From the NCBI GenBank assembly GCA_030610655.1, contig JAUWRG010000001.1:175-64174 (forward strand): a DNA stretch of 64,000 bases. The letters are read 5' to 3'. This DNA comes from Dehalococcoidia bacterium. GTDB taxonomy: Bacteria; Chloroflexota; Dehalococcoidia; E44-bin15. Made by a program: the position numbers and the translations under genes. Shown one piece after another: positions 28,982-37,999 of the stretch. The notes beneath the pieces are model-generated. The model made no database searches. It was not told the origin of the DNA and was given only the letters and a program-made list of their open reading frames with translations. Every line of letters starts with the position of its first letter. Position 1 is the stretch's first letter.

Positions 28982-30040
28982 ATGAACGACCGCCTGGAAA
29001 AGCTGCGTCGCAAGATTGCCAGTGACGGACTGGATGCCATCCTCATCTCCCAGGGGGAGAACCGCCGCTATCTCAGCGGCTTCACCGGCTCGGCAGGCTT
29101 TCTCCTCATATCAGAGAAGAGCGCCATCTTGGCAACCGACTTTCGCTACACCGAGCAGGCGAAAAACCAGGCGTCCGATTTTGACATCGCCCGGATTGAG
29201 GGGGAGATGCAAAAGTGGTTCCCCAAACTCATTTCCTCGCTCGATGCGAAAAGAATAGGATTTGAAGCAAACGACCTTTCCTTTTCAACCTACCAGCAGC
29301 TCATGACGGCGGCGGGTGAGAAGGAACTCGTGCCCACTGAGGGATTTGTAGAGTCGTTGCGCGCCATAAAGGACGATAAGGAACTGGAGCTTATTACCAC
29401 GGCAGTGGAAATCTCCGATGCCGCATTCAACGAGGTCGCCTCGACTATCTGCCCAGGCATGACCGAAAAGCAGGTAGCATGGGAGCTGGAGAAAGCAATG
29501 CGCCAAAATGGCAGCGAACCCATGCCCTTCGAGATTATCGTAGCCTCGGGGCCAAATGCCGCCCTCGCCCACCACAAACCCACCGAGCGCACCATTCTTC
29601 AAGGTGAGCCGGTTATCATCGATATGGGGGCACGCATTGAGGGCTACTCCAGCGATCTGTCCAGAACCATTTGCCTTGGCAACCAGGACGAGGTTTTTGG
29701 TAAAATATATCATCTAGTTCTTCGCGCCCAGCTTGCCGCTATCGCCGCTGTCGAGGCGGGGATGAGTGGAGAGGAGGCAGATGGGCTCGCCAGGACGGTC
29801 ATCGAACAGGGAGGCTATGGGGATAATTTTGGACATGGACTGGGACACGGAGTTGGCCTTGCTCCCCATGAACAGCCTCGTCTGGGGAAAGGCTCTAAGG
29901 ATATTCTCACCGAAGGCATGGTATTCACCATCGAGCCGGGTATTTATATCAGCGGCTGGGGCGGGGTGAGGATCGAGGATACGGCGGTTCTGGAGAATGG
30001 CAAAACGAGGGTGCTCTCCAAAGCGAAGAAGACAGGTTGA
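28982..30040 (+). CDS. pepP: M24 family Xaa-Pro aminopeptidase
   Basis: Creatinase-like N-domain plus M24 pita-bread metal ligands (HGLGHGVG, IEPG). Confidence 0.85.
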   Translation: MNDRLEKLRRKIASDGLDAILISQGENRRYLSGFTGSAGFLLISEKSAILATDFRYTEQAKNQASDFDIARIEGEMQKWFPKLISSLDAKRIGFEANDLSFSTYQQLMTAAGEKELVPTEGFVESLRAIKDDKELELITTAVEISDAAFNEVASTICPGMTEKQVAWELEKAMRQNGSEPMPFEIIVASGPNAALAHHKPTERTILQGEPVIIDMGARIEGYSSDLSRTICLGNQDEVFGKIYHLVLRAQLAAIAAVEAGMSGEEADGLARTVIEQGGYGDNFGHGLGHGVGLAPHEQPRLGKGSKDILTEGMVFTIEPGIYISGWGGVRIEDTAVLENGKTRVLSKAKKTG

Positions 30041-30116
30041 CTTACCAAAGAGGCTTGCGACAGCCATAAAGCTTCACAATAAGAATCCAGGCCTAGTTCG
30101 AAAAGAGGGCGAAGAA

Positions 30117-30677
30117 ATGATCAGCACTGGTGAGCTAAAGAAGGGGATAACCATCGAGCTGGACGGTGAGCTTTACCAAATAATCGACTGGCAACATATC
30201 AAGGTAGGGCGAGGCAGCGCTCAGGTCAGGCTCAAGCTCCGCGATATTCGAGCAGGGCACACCATCGAGCGCACCTTCCAGGCAGGCGAGAAGTTTCCTC
30301 GAGCCAGATTGGACCGCAACACGGTGCAATTCCTTTACAACGATGGCGACCTATACTACTTCATGGACTCGGAAAGCTTCGAACAGTCCACGCTCAGTGG
30401 TAAGCAGGTCGGCGATGCCATCAACTACCTCAAGGAAGGTATGTCTCTAGACATACTTACCTACAAGGATGAACCGATAAACCTGGAGCTTCCCAACTCT
30501 GTGGAGCTTGAGGTTGTGGAAACCGACCCTGGCTTCAGAGGTAATACAGCAACTGCGGCGAACAAGCCAGCCAAGCTGGAAACAGGAATCACCATTCAGG
30601 TCCCTCTCTTCGTAGACAAGGGAGACATCGTCCGTGTTGATACTCGCACTGGCGCATACCTTGAAAGGGCAGGCTAG
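30117..30677 (+). CDS. efp: translation elongation factor P
   Basis: 186-aa EF-P with the KPGKGxA-loop equivalent (IKVGRGSAQVRLKLRD). An ATG at 30117 is preceded by a GAGGG RBS; the ORF track's 29997 start is an unlikely N-terminal extension. Confidence 0.9.
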   Translation: MISTGELKKGITIELDGELYQIIDWQHIKVGRGSAQVRLKLRDIRAGHTIERTFQAGEKFPRARLDRNTVQFLYNDGDLYYFMDSESFEQSTLSGKQVGDAINYLKEGMSLDILTYKDEPINLELPNSVELEVVETDPGFRGNTATAANKPAKLETGITIQVPLFVDKGDIVRVDTRTGAYLERAG

Positions 30678-30697
30678 ATGCAGGTATATTCTGTTAT
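30675..30697. repeat. left copy of a 22-bp direct repeat flanking the inserted island (efp stop + ancestral xseA start)
   Basis: TAGATGCAGGTATATTCTGTTA versus the right copy TAGATGCAGCTATATTCTGTTA at 36646-36667; one mismatch. Confidence 0.8.
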
Positions 30698-30736
30698 GAC
30701 GAAATGGCGGCCTCAAAAATTGGAGGCTAATTTACA

Positions 30737-33361
30737 ATGGCCTTGCATAGCATACTAAAATCAAAAGTTGCTGAATGGGAAAAATCTAATTATACCTCAG
30801 ATTATCCCGTTATTTCTGAGATTTTCAATTACAATCAAAATCCTGAAACTCAGAACTTGCCCTACTTACGAAAAGCCCAGTTTGAAGCCCTTGAAACTTA
30901 CTGGTATTTAAGACTTGTGGAGAAAACCCCTCACATTTTTGAACTCCATAATAGATTGTATCCTAATCCTTTAGATTTTCTGAAAGTCCTCGGAATACCC
31001 ACCGAGAATCAGGAAATTTTAGGACTGGCTTTAACAGGTGGCACAGACAGGATAATTGACCAGATAAGGACAAATGATGAGTTTGTAAAGAGGCATGGAC
31101 TTGAGACTGTAAGGGAAACTTTGACCCTTGAATATCCCAGTTATATCCTAGCTTTGGCAATGGGAGCAGGTAAGACCATCTTGATCGGCACAATTATCGC
31201 TACTGAATTTGCAATGGCTCTTGAATATCCAGAGAATAACTTCGTCAAAAATGCCCTAGTATTTGCGCCGGGTAAGACAATATTAGGAGCATTAAAGGAG
31301 TTATCGGATGTTCCCTATGAAAAAATATTGCCTGAAAGGCTTTATAAGCAGTTCATAACTACCACAAAATTTACCTATACCCGCGATGGCGAAAAAGACA
31401 TCCCGATAATCAAAGGCTCAAGTTTTAATATCGTAGTAACCAATACCGAAAAGATTAGAATACAAAAACACTCAATAACCAAATCCCTAATTAGAGATTT
31501 ATTTGTTGACCCATCCCGGGAAGATGAGGTAAAGGAGGCGATAGCCAATCAGAGATTGCAAACAATTGCCTCGCTTCCAAATCTTGCTATCTTTTCTGAT
31601 GAAGCACACCATACCTATGGACTGGCACTCGGTGAAGAACTGAAGAGAGTGAGACAAACAGTTAATTATCTGTCAGAAAAGACAAATGTTTTAGTTGTGA
31701 TAAACACCACGGGAACCCCATATTATAAAAGGCAGATCCTTAAAGATGTTATTTATTGGTATGGGCTATCACAAGGAATAAAAGATGGAATATTGAAAGA
31801 AGTCCGGGGCAATATTGTATCTTATCCAGAAGTAACCGACAAAGATTTCCTAAAAGATATTATCGCCGATTTCTTCAAGAATTATAAAGATGTAAAAATC
31901 TATGACGGCAGTCCTTCTAAACTGGCAATATATTTCCCCAAAATAGAGGATTTAAAGAATGCCAAACCAGTTGTTGAGAAAAACTTAATAGAACTCGGTT
32001 TAGACCCTTCTGTTATTTTAGAAGTCCATAATGAGTCAAAACAAGAGGTTAAGGATTTATTTGATAACCGAATAAATGACCCTCACCTACCTTATCGCAT
32101 ATTTCTTCTTGTTAATAAAGGGACTGAGGGATGGAACTGCTTATCCCTCTTTTCTACTGCCTTAGCACGCAAACTGACAGCAAGTAATAACTTTTGCCTT
32201 CAAGCCACCTCCCGCTGCCTCAGGCAAACTCCCGGCAATATACACAAGGCAAAAATATACCTTTCCAAAGATAATGTCGGAATTTTAGACGCCCAACTTA
32301 AAGAGACCTATGGTGAAACTCTTGAAGATTTAAATAGAACTTCACAAGATATGAGAGAGGATAGACTAATTTTGAGGAAAGTAGAAATACCACCTGTTTT
32401 ACTCAAAAAGAAGATTCGAAAAGTTCTGCCTAAAGAAGTGCTGTCAGATATTAGTCAAATGGAGTTTAAGAAGATTGAAGGAGAAAAAGAGAAGTTTAGA
32501 AAGACTATCCATAGCCTTGATGACATTCCTCAGAGGAAGGGAGTCTTAATTTTTGTAAGAGAAGAGGAGATAGAAATTATTGAAGATTTCGTGGATAGTT
32601 ATACCTTTGCTGTGGAACTATCAAGCCTTTATCGCCTACCCCTTATGTTAATATACGACAAATTGAAGGAGTTGTATCCCGAAGGCGAGATTCCTGAAAG
32701 CGATGCCATTGAACTTAAAAGGCAAATAGAAGAGCAAGTGCGAAACTACGAAATAAAAGAGGAAGAGGTAGAATTTGCCCTTGCTCTCATAAGACCCGAG
32801 GGCTTCAATAAGGAGGAAAAAGACGGCAAGAGTATATATGTAACCGAGATAGTCTATCATAAAGACAAGGAGAAATACCTATTAAAGTGGGATGAGTTTA
32901 AAGATAAATTTAAGAGAGACTTCGGCTTCCACTATAATCCCTATAAATTCGATTCTTCTCCTGAGAAGGAATTTTTTACCTGGCTTCTTGAAAACTTGAA
33001 CGAAGACCCGGCAGATGTTGAAGACATCTATTATACCGGTGGTATGGATGACCCCAATAAGACAGACTTTCTCTTTGAATATAAGGCTAAAGATGGCAGG
33101 TATCATAACTATGCACCTGATTTCCTGATAAGAAGAAAAAGTGGGAAAATAATAATTGTGGAGGTAAAAGCAGAGCGCTTCAAAGATGAAGAGAAGGAAA
33201 AGGAGATGAGAAGGATTGAAGGGCTAAACCCTGATAGATTAAAGTATGAAATTGTAGAGACCAAAGGTGAACAGCTAGCTTTTGAGGGTTTAAATAAAGT
33301 TAGAGAAGCAATCTATGAGTATGGCAGTAAAGGGGTAAATAAGAATGCTTACTCAGTCTGA
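30737..33361 (+). CDS. Type III restriction Res-like SF2 helicase with a C-terminal PD-(D/E)xK nuclease motif
   Basis: Motif I AMGAGKT, motif II FSDEAHH, motif III NTTGTP, motif VI QATSRCLRQ, and C-terminal PDFLIRRK...IIIVEVKAE. AT-rich codon usage unlike the flanking genes. Confidence 0.7.
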   Translation: MALHSILKSKVAEWEKSNYTSDYPVISEIFNYNQNPETQNLPYLRKAQFEALETYWYLRLVEKTPHIFELHNRLYPNPLDFLKVLGIPTENQEILGLALTGGTDRIIDQIRTNDEFVKRHGLETVRETLTLEYPSYILALAMGAGKTILIGTIIATEFAMALEYPENNFVKNALVFAPGKTILGALKELSDVPYEKILPERLYKQFITTTKFTYTRDGEKDIPIIKGSSFNIVVTNTEKIRIQKHSITKSLIRDLFVDPSREDEVKEAIANQRLQTIASLPNLAIFSDEAHHTYGLALGEELKRVRQTVNYLSEKTNVLVVINTTGTPYYKRQILKDVIYWYGLSQGIKDGILKEVRGNIVSYPEVTDKDFLKDIIADFFKNYKDVKIYDGSPSKLAIYFPKIEDLKNAKPVVEKNLIELGLDPSVILEVHNESKQEVKDLFDNRINDPHLPYRIFLLVNKGTEGWNCLSLFSTALARKLTASNNFCLQATSRCLRQTPGNIHKAKIYLSKDNVGILDAQLKETYGETLEDLNRTSQDMREDRLILRKVEIPPVLLKKKIRKVLPKEVLSDISQMEFKKIEGEKEKFRKTIHSLDDIPQRKGVLIFVREEEIEIIEDFVDSYTFAVELSSLYRLPLMLIYDKLKELYPEGEIPESDAIELKRQIEEQVRNYEIKEEEVEFALALIRPEGFNKEEKDGKSIYVTEIVYHKDKEKYLLKWDEFKDKFKRDFGFHYNPYKFDSSPEKEFFTWLLENLNEDPADVEDIYYTGGMDDPNKTDFLFEYKAKDGRYHNYAPDFLIRRKSGKIIIVEVKAERFKDEEKEKEMRRIEGLNPDRLKYEIVETKGEQLAFEGLNKVREAIYEYGSKGVNKNAYSV

Positions 33362-33818
33362 GGCAGATGCTTTAATCGATATGCGAAAGAAACTCGCCAA
33401 AAAAGAAGTGTATAATTTCCCTCCGGCTGGCGAAATATTAACTATTCCTATTATCTCTGTGGACGAAAGGGAATCTTTCTTGATAGATATAAACAGAGGA
33501 AGCATCAGGCTTACCAAATGCACTTATCAGGAACGCTACCAGAGGATAATTACCCTCGTGCGTCTTGATATCGATGGACCTCCACATCCTAATCCAGAGG
33601 TGGTGAATATTCCATTTCCTCACCTTGAACCCTATAACGGACAGACGATACCTTGTCCCCATTTACACCTCTATGTGGAAGGATTTATGGATAAATGGGC
33701 AATTCCATCTCCGTCTGAGAAATTTCCAAGAACAACCGACCTCGTTGCAATTCTAGCCGATTTCTTCCGCTACTGTAACGTTGTTGAACTACCGGCAATA
33801 CAAAGGGGGATGTCTTGA
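33345..33818 (+). CDS. hypothetical protein (157 aa), translationally coupled inside the res-mod-like operon
   Basis: Overlaps the upstream stop by 17 bp and the downstream start by 4 bp. I recognise no motif. Confidence 0.5.
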   Translation: MLTQSEADALIDMRKKLAKKEVYNFPPAGEILTIPIISVDERESFLIDINRGSIRLTKCTYQERYQRIITLVRLDIDGPPHPNPEVVNIPFPHLEPYNGQTIPCPHLHLYVEGFMDKWAIPSPSEKFPRTTDLVAILADFFRYCNVVELPAIQRGMS

Positions 33819-34582
33819 TTTTAAAAGACTGTCAAGATTTGGTTAATGCTTATATTGAATGGCTTCAACAGAGAATTAACGTAGAAGATATAAAAGGAGT
33901 TTGTGAGATTACCACCCCCTTTGTTGATAGACACAATGACCAGCTACAGATATATGTCAAGCCTTCTAATAATAGGCTCATTCTTACAGATGATGGCTAT
34001 ACCATTAAAGACTTAAAAATAAGTGGATTTGAAATTACAACTGAAAAAAGACGACAAATACTCTATTCTATATTAAATGGTTTTGCTGTCCAACTTCATG
34101 GAGATGAGCTTACTGTGGAAGCAACGCCGGATAACTTTGCCCAAAAAAAGCATAATCTTATTCAGACTATGCTTGCGGTAAATGACCTTTGGACTATGAC
34201 TGAACCAATGGTAGCAAGCCTTTTTAGAGAAGATGTAGAAAGATACTTGCGCGAGCATAAAATCCGATTTACTCCCTCAATCAAGTTTGCTGGAAAGAGC
34301 GGTTTAGACCATTCTTTTGATTTTGTAATTCCGGCTTCGCCTGTAAAACCAGAAAGAATACTCAATGCCATTAGCAATCCGACACGGCAAAATATCTCCT
34401 TGCTAATCTTTTCTTGGACTGAGATAACAGAAGTGAGAGCACCCGATTCTACTGCCTATGGAGTTTTAAATGATACAGAGAAACAGGTAAGTCCTGATCT
34501 TATTGATGCACTCCAGCGGTATTATATTAGACCTATACAATGGAGCCGTAGAGCTGAGTATGTTGAGGAACTCGCATCATAA
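33815..34582 (+). CDS. hypothetical protein (255 aa) resembling DUF1828/DUF1829-type proteins
   Basis: The motif EITTPFVDRHNDQLQIYV...LILTDDGYTIKDL matches my recollection of the DUF1828 N-terminal signature. Not verified. Confidence 0.45.
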   Translation: MILKDCQDLVNAYIEWLQQRINVEDIKGVCEITTPFVDRHNDQLQIYVKPSNNRLILTDDGYTIKDLKISGFEITTEKRRQILYSILNGFAVQLHGDELTVEATPDNFAQKKHNLIQTMLAVNDLWTMTEPMVASLFREDVERYLREHKIRFTPSIKFAGKSGLDHSFDFVIPASPVKPERILNAISNPTRQNISLLIFSWTEITEVRAPDSTAYGVLNDTEKQVSPDLIDALQRYYIRPIQWSRRAEYVEELAS

Positions 34583-34593
34583 GGGATAAGGCT

Positions 34594-36603
34594 ATGGCTG
34601 AGAATAAAATCAAGATTACCCCCGCTAAAGGGCGACCAATGCTTCACTGGGTGGGCAAAAAGCCTTCGGATTATGTAAAAGGCTTCCCTACTCAACTTGT
34701 TGAAGTTTTTGACCCGTTGAATAATGGGCAGAGAATTGAAACGCCGACTTACGATGAACTAAAAGACAACTGGCAAAACTTACTCTTTCACGGTGATAAC
34801 AAAGATGTTTTAGCCACACTTCTTGAATTAGGATTTAGGGGAAAGATTGATTTAATTTATATTGACCCGCCATTTAAAAGCGGCGCTGATTATGTAAGAA
34901 AGATTGAACTGCGGGGATTAAAGAATTTAGGGCGAATAGAAGAAGATGAGGCGTCACTACTTCAGCAGACAATGTATTTTGATATTTGGAACAATGACAG
35001 CTATTTGCAGTTTATGTATCATAGATTGATACTTTTGAAGGAGTTATTAAGTGATGCAGGAAGCATTTGTCTGCATTGCGATTATAGACAAAATAGTTAT
35101 TTGAGATTGATAATGGATGAAATTTTTGGTGCGGATAATTTCAGAAATGAAATTATTGTGCGAAGAGGGGTCAAAAGCCTTCAAGCCCAGTTTGATATGA
35201 TCGATTCCTTATCCTCTGGTAATGACACTATCTTGGCGTATGTAAAAGATCCCAATACAAAGTTTAAAAAGTTAGAAATTGAACTTACAGAATCGCGGCA
35301 AGGGACTTGGAATAACCATTGGAGAGGCACTGATCGCCCTACGATGCGATATGAATTATTTGGGATAACACCAACACACGGCCAATGGCGATGGAGTAAA
35401 GAACGCTCAATGAACGCTATTGAGAATCATAAGGCATTTCTCAAGGTGGCAGACAAGTATTCAAGCATTGACGAGTATTATTTGGAGAAGAAAGCAGCCG
35501 GAATTGAACTAGATTTCTTGCGTCTTAACAATAAAGGGAAACCAGAACATTATGTGCCGACTACAGACATTAGACTTTCAAGTACGCTATGGACTGACAT
35601 CTCTGCATATGATAGTGGCTCTTCCTTTCAGACACAAAAAAGTGAGGAATTACTTGAAAGAATCATTGATTGGTTAACCAACCCCGGCGAACTCGTCCTT
35701 GACTGTTTCATCGGCTCGGGCACAACTGCTGCTGTTGCTCAGAAACTTGGCCGGCGATGGATTGGCTGCGATATAAACAAAGGGGCAATTCAGACGACAA
35801 GCAAGAGGTTACAAAAGGTAATTCTTGAACAGATAAAATCCCCCTCTAATCCCCCTTTATTAAAGGGGGAAGTAGGGGGATTTGCTGTTTACAAGGTCAA
35901 TGACTACGATTTGCAACTTTTAAGAACCGAGGCGATTGAACTTGCCGTCCAGCATATCGGTATTCAGAAGATAAGAACCGATGCATTCTTTGACGGATAC
36001 CTGGGGAAAAACCTAGTTAAAGTTATTGACTTCAACCATCCATTAACTCTTTTGGATTTACAACTTCTTCAAGACGAACTCAAGAAAAGACCAGATGAAG
36101 ATAGGGATATTACCATCGTCTGCCTTGGCAAAGAATTAGCCGTCGACCCCGAAATTGAAAAATGGAATAAAAAACACCCAGTAAATAAGATTAAAGTAAT
36201 TGAATTAAAAACAGATAAAAAATATGGCAGTTTCTTAATCCATAAACCAGCGGAGGCAAAGATAGAGATTCTTCCCCTTCACTTCGTTCAGGGTCAGAAT
36301 GACAGATTGGCAATAATAGAGATTCAAGATTTTATCTCACCTACCATAATTGAGCGGCTTAATATTGATAATACTCTTTTCAAAGTAAAAATCCCCGACT
36401 TTAGAAGTATGATAGACACAGTTTTGATTGACACAAATTACGATGGTAAAACCTTCCATATAGTTCATTCAGATGTTCCAAAGAGGAAAGATGACTTAGT
36501 CAAAGGAAAATATGAAATCGAGCTTCCAAAATCAAAAACAAAAGTCGCAGTAAAAATAATTGATATGCTTGGAGAAGAGATTATAAATGTTTTCGAGGTA
36601 TAA
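34594..36603 (+). CDS. beta-class N6-adenine/N4-cytosine DNA methyltransferase, Type III Mod-like
   Basis: Motif IV IDLIYIDPPFKSG precedes motif I VLDCFIGSGTTAAVA (beta circular order); N-terminal LLFHGDNKDVLATL; 669 aa. Confidence 0.8.
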   Translation: MAENKIKITPAKGRPMLHWVGKKPSDYVKGFPTQLVEVFDPLNNGQRIETPTYDELKDNWQNLLFHGDNKDVLATLLELGFRGKIDLIYIDPPFKSGADYVRKIELRGLKNLGRIEEDEASLLQQTMYFDIWNNDSYLQFMYHRLILLKELLSDAGSICLHCDYRQNSYLRLIMDEIFGADNFRNEIIVRRGVKSLQAQFDMIDSLSSGNDTILAYVKDPNTKFKKLEIELTESRQGTWNNHWRGTDRPTMRYELFGITPTHGQWRWSKERSMNAIENHKAFLKVADKYSSIDEYYLEKKAAGIELDFLRLNNKGKPEHYVPTTDIRLSSTLWTDISAYDSGSSFQTQKSEELLERIIDWLTNPGELVLDCFIGSGTTAAVAQKLGRRWIGCDINKGAIQTTSKRLQKVILEQIKSPSNPPLLKGEVGGFAVYKVNDYDLQLLRTEAIELAVQHIGIQKIRTDAFFDGYLGKNLVKVIDFNHPLTLLDLQLLQDELKKRPDEDRDITIVCLGKELAVDPEIEKWNKKHPVNKIKVIELKTDKKYGSFLIHKPAEAKIEILPLHFVQGQNDRLAIIEIQDFISPTIIERLNIDNTLFKVKIPDFRSMIDTVLIDTNYDGKTFHIVHSDVPKRKDDLVKGKYEIELPKSKTKVAVKIIDMLGEEIINVFEV

Positions 36604-36645
36604 TAAAGATGAAACCGCCACTTCATGTGGCACGGTGTAAAAGTA

Positions 36646-36667
36646 TAGATGCAGCTATATTCTGTTA
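36646..36667. repeat. right copy of the 22-bp direct repeat; contains the functional xseA start codon
   Basis: See 30675-30697. Confidence 0.8.
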
Positions 36668-37812
36668 GCCATGTAATACGCTATCTCAGGGAGGTTCTCG
36701 AGGCTGACAGCCTTCTCACCGACATTTGGGTCAGCGGCGAGGTCTCCAACCTGAGGGAGTCGGCGGCGGGGCATCTATATTTCACCCTCAAGGATGAGAC
36801 AAGCCAGTTACGCTGTGTATTCTTCAGGCCAAAACTAGCCATCACCCTGGAAAACGGGGCAGCGGTGATAACACATGGCCACATCTCTATCTATGAAGTC
36901 TCCGGCGCCCTCCAGCTTTATGTTGACCTAGTGCAGCTTGAAGGGGTGGGCATACTCCACCTTGAGTTTGAGCGCCTCAAGGCAAAACTGGAGGAGGAGG
37001 GACTATTCGAACCTGTCCGCAAAAGATCGTTGCCCCTGTTCCCCAAGCGAATCGGCGTGGTTACTTCGCCCACAGGCGCTGTATTTTATGACATCGCCAG
37101 TATAATTGGCAGACGCTACCCTCTGGTCGAGCTGGTTCTCTCTCCAACGCTTGTGCAGGGCGACGGTGCCGTAGATGGCATCGTTCAAGCTTTGCAGGCT
37201 CTCAATGATATGGAGGACATCGATGTGGTGATTCTGGCTCGCGGTGGTGGCTCACTTGAAGACCTGTGGGCCTTCAATGATGAAAAGGTTGCCCGCGCCA
37301 TTTATGCCAGTAAAGCGCCAGTGATCAGCGGGGTGGGGCACGATACCGACTTCACCATCGCCGATTTCGTTGCCGACGTGCGTGCCCCCACACCATCAGC
37401 GGCGGCCGAGCTCGCTGTGCCCGACTATGCAGAACTGGAAGCGCACATTCAATCGCTTACAAAGACGCTATTGATAGACGTCACAAGGTACCTTGACCGC
37501 TATCGCCAGCGCACCGACGAACTCACCAGAGCAGCGTCAGTGTATCTCGGTAATGCCCTCGCCATAAGCAGGGAGAAACTGCGGGGTCGAGAGCTTGAAC
37601 TCGCCTCGCTGAGTCCATTGGCTACCTTGAGTCGTGGCTACGCCCTGGTGCAGCATTCGGCCACCGGCGAGGTCGTTTCTCATATAGACCAGGTTCAGCG
37701 CGGCGATGCCATCGATATCAAAGTAAGCGATGGCCAGTTTAAGGGCAGGGTCACCGGATCGAAGAAGGGGCTCCAGGGATGGATGAACGGCTTTCCTTCG
37801 AAGAAGCACTAA
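36649..37812 (+). CDS. xseA: exodeoxyribonuclease VII large subunit
   Basis: OB-fold N-terminus (VSGEVSNLRESAAGHLYFTLKD) and catalytic core. Confidence 0.9.
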   Translation: MQLYSVSHVIRYLREVLEADSLLTDIWVSGEVSNLRESAAGHLYFTLKDETSQLRCVFFRPKLAITLENGAAVITHGHISIYEVSGALQLYVDLVQLEGVGILHLEFERLKAKLEEEGLFEPVRKRSLPLFPKRIGVVTSPTGAVFYDIASIIGRRYPLVELVLSPTLVQGDGAVDGIVQALQALNDMEDIDVVILARGGGSLEDLWAFNDEKVARAIYASKAPVISGVGHDTDFTIADFVADVRAPTPSAAAELAVPDYAELEAHIQSLTKTLLIDVTRYLDRYRQRTDELTRAASVYLGNALAISREKLRGRELELASLSPLATLSRGYALVQHSATGEVVSHIDQVQRGDAIDIKVSDGQFKGRVTGSKKGLQGWMNGFPSKKH

Positions 37813-37997
37813 AAAGGCTGGAGAAAATAGTGCACGCTCTACAGGGGGGTGGACTTACCTTGGAACAGGCGATTGCCCTCTTTGAAGATGGGATGGGTCT
37901 TGCCAAGACATGCAACGAGCGACTGAATGCTGCCGAGCTTAAAATAACCCAGCTTCAGGCTGACTTTGAGCCAGAGCCAGAACACAAGGACGAATAA
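37779..37997 (+). CDS. xseB: exodeoxyribonuclease VII small subunit
   Basis: 72 aa; SFEEALKRLEKIVHALQGGGLTLEQAIALFEDGMGLAKTC; overlaps the xseA 3' end. Confidence 0.85.
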   Translation: MDERLSFEEALKRLEKIVHALQGGGLTLEQAIALFEDGMGLAKTCNERLNAAELKITQLQADFEPEPEHKDE

Positions 37998-37999
37998 CT

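Noticed and set aside
29997-30677. 226-aa version of efp from the ORF track
   Set aside because: The N-terminal 40 aa overlap the pepP 3' end. A canonical EF-P N-terminus begins at the ATG at 30117 with a good RBS.
30737-33361. 874-aa helicase as a Type I HsdR
   Set aside because: There are no hsdM or hsdS genes. The partner methyltransferase is a beta-class DPPF enzyme of Type III Mod type, and the helicase has a C-terminal (not N-terminal) PD-(D/E)xK motif, which fits Res rather than HsdR.
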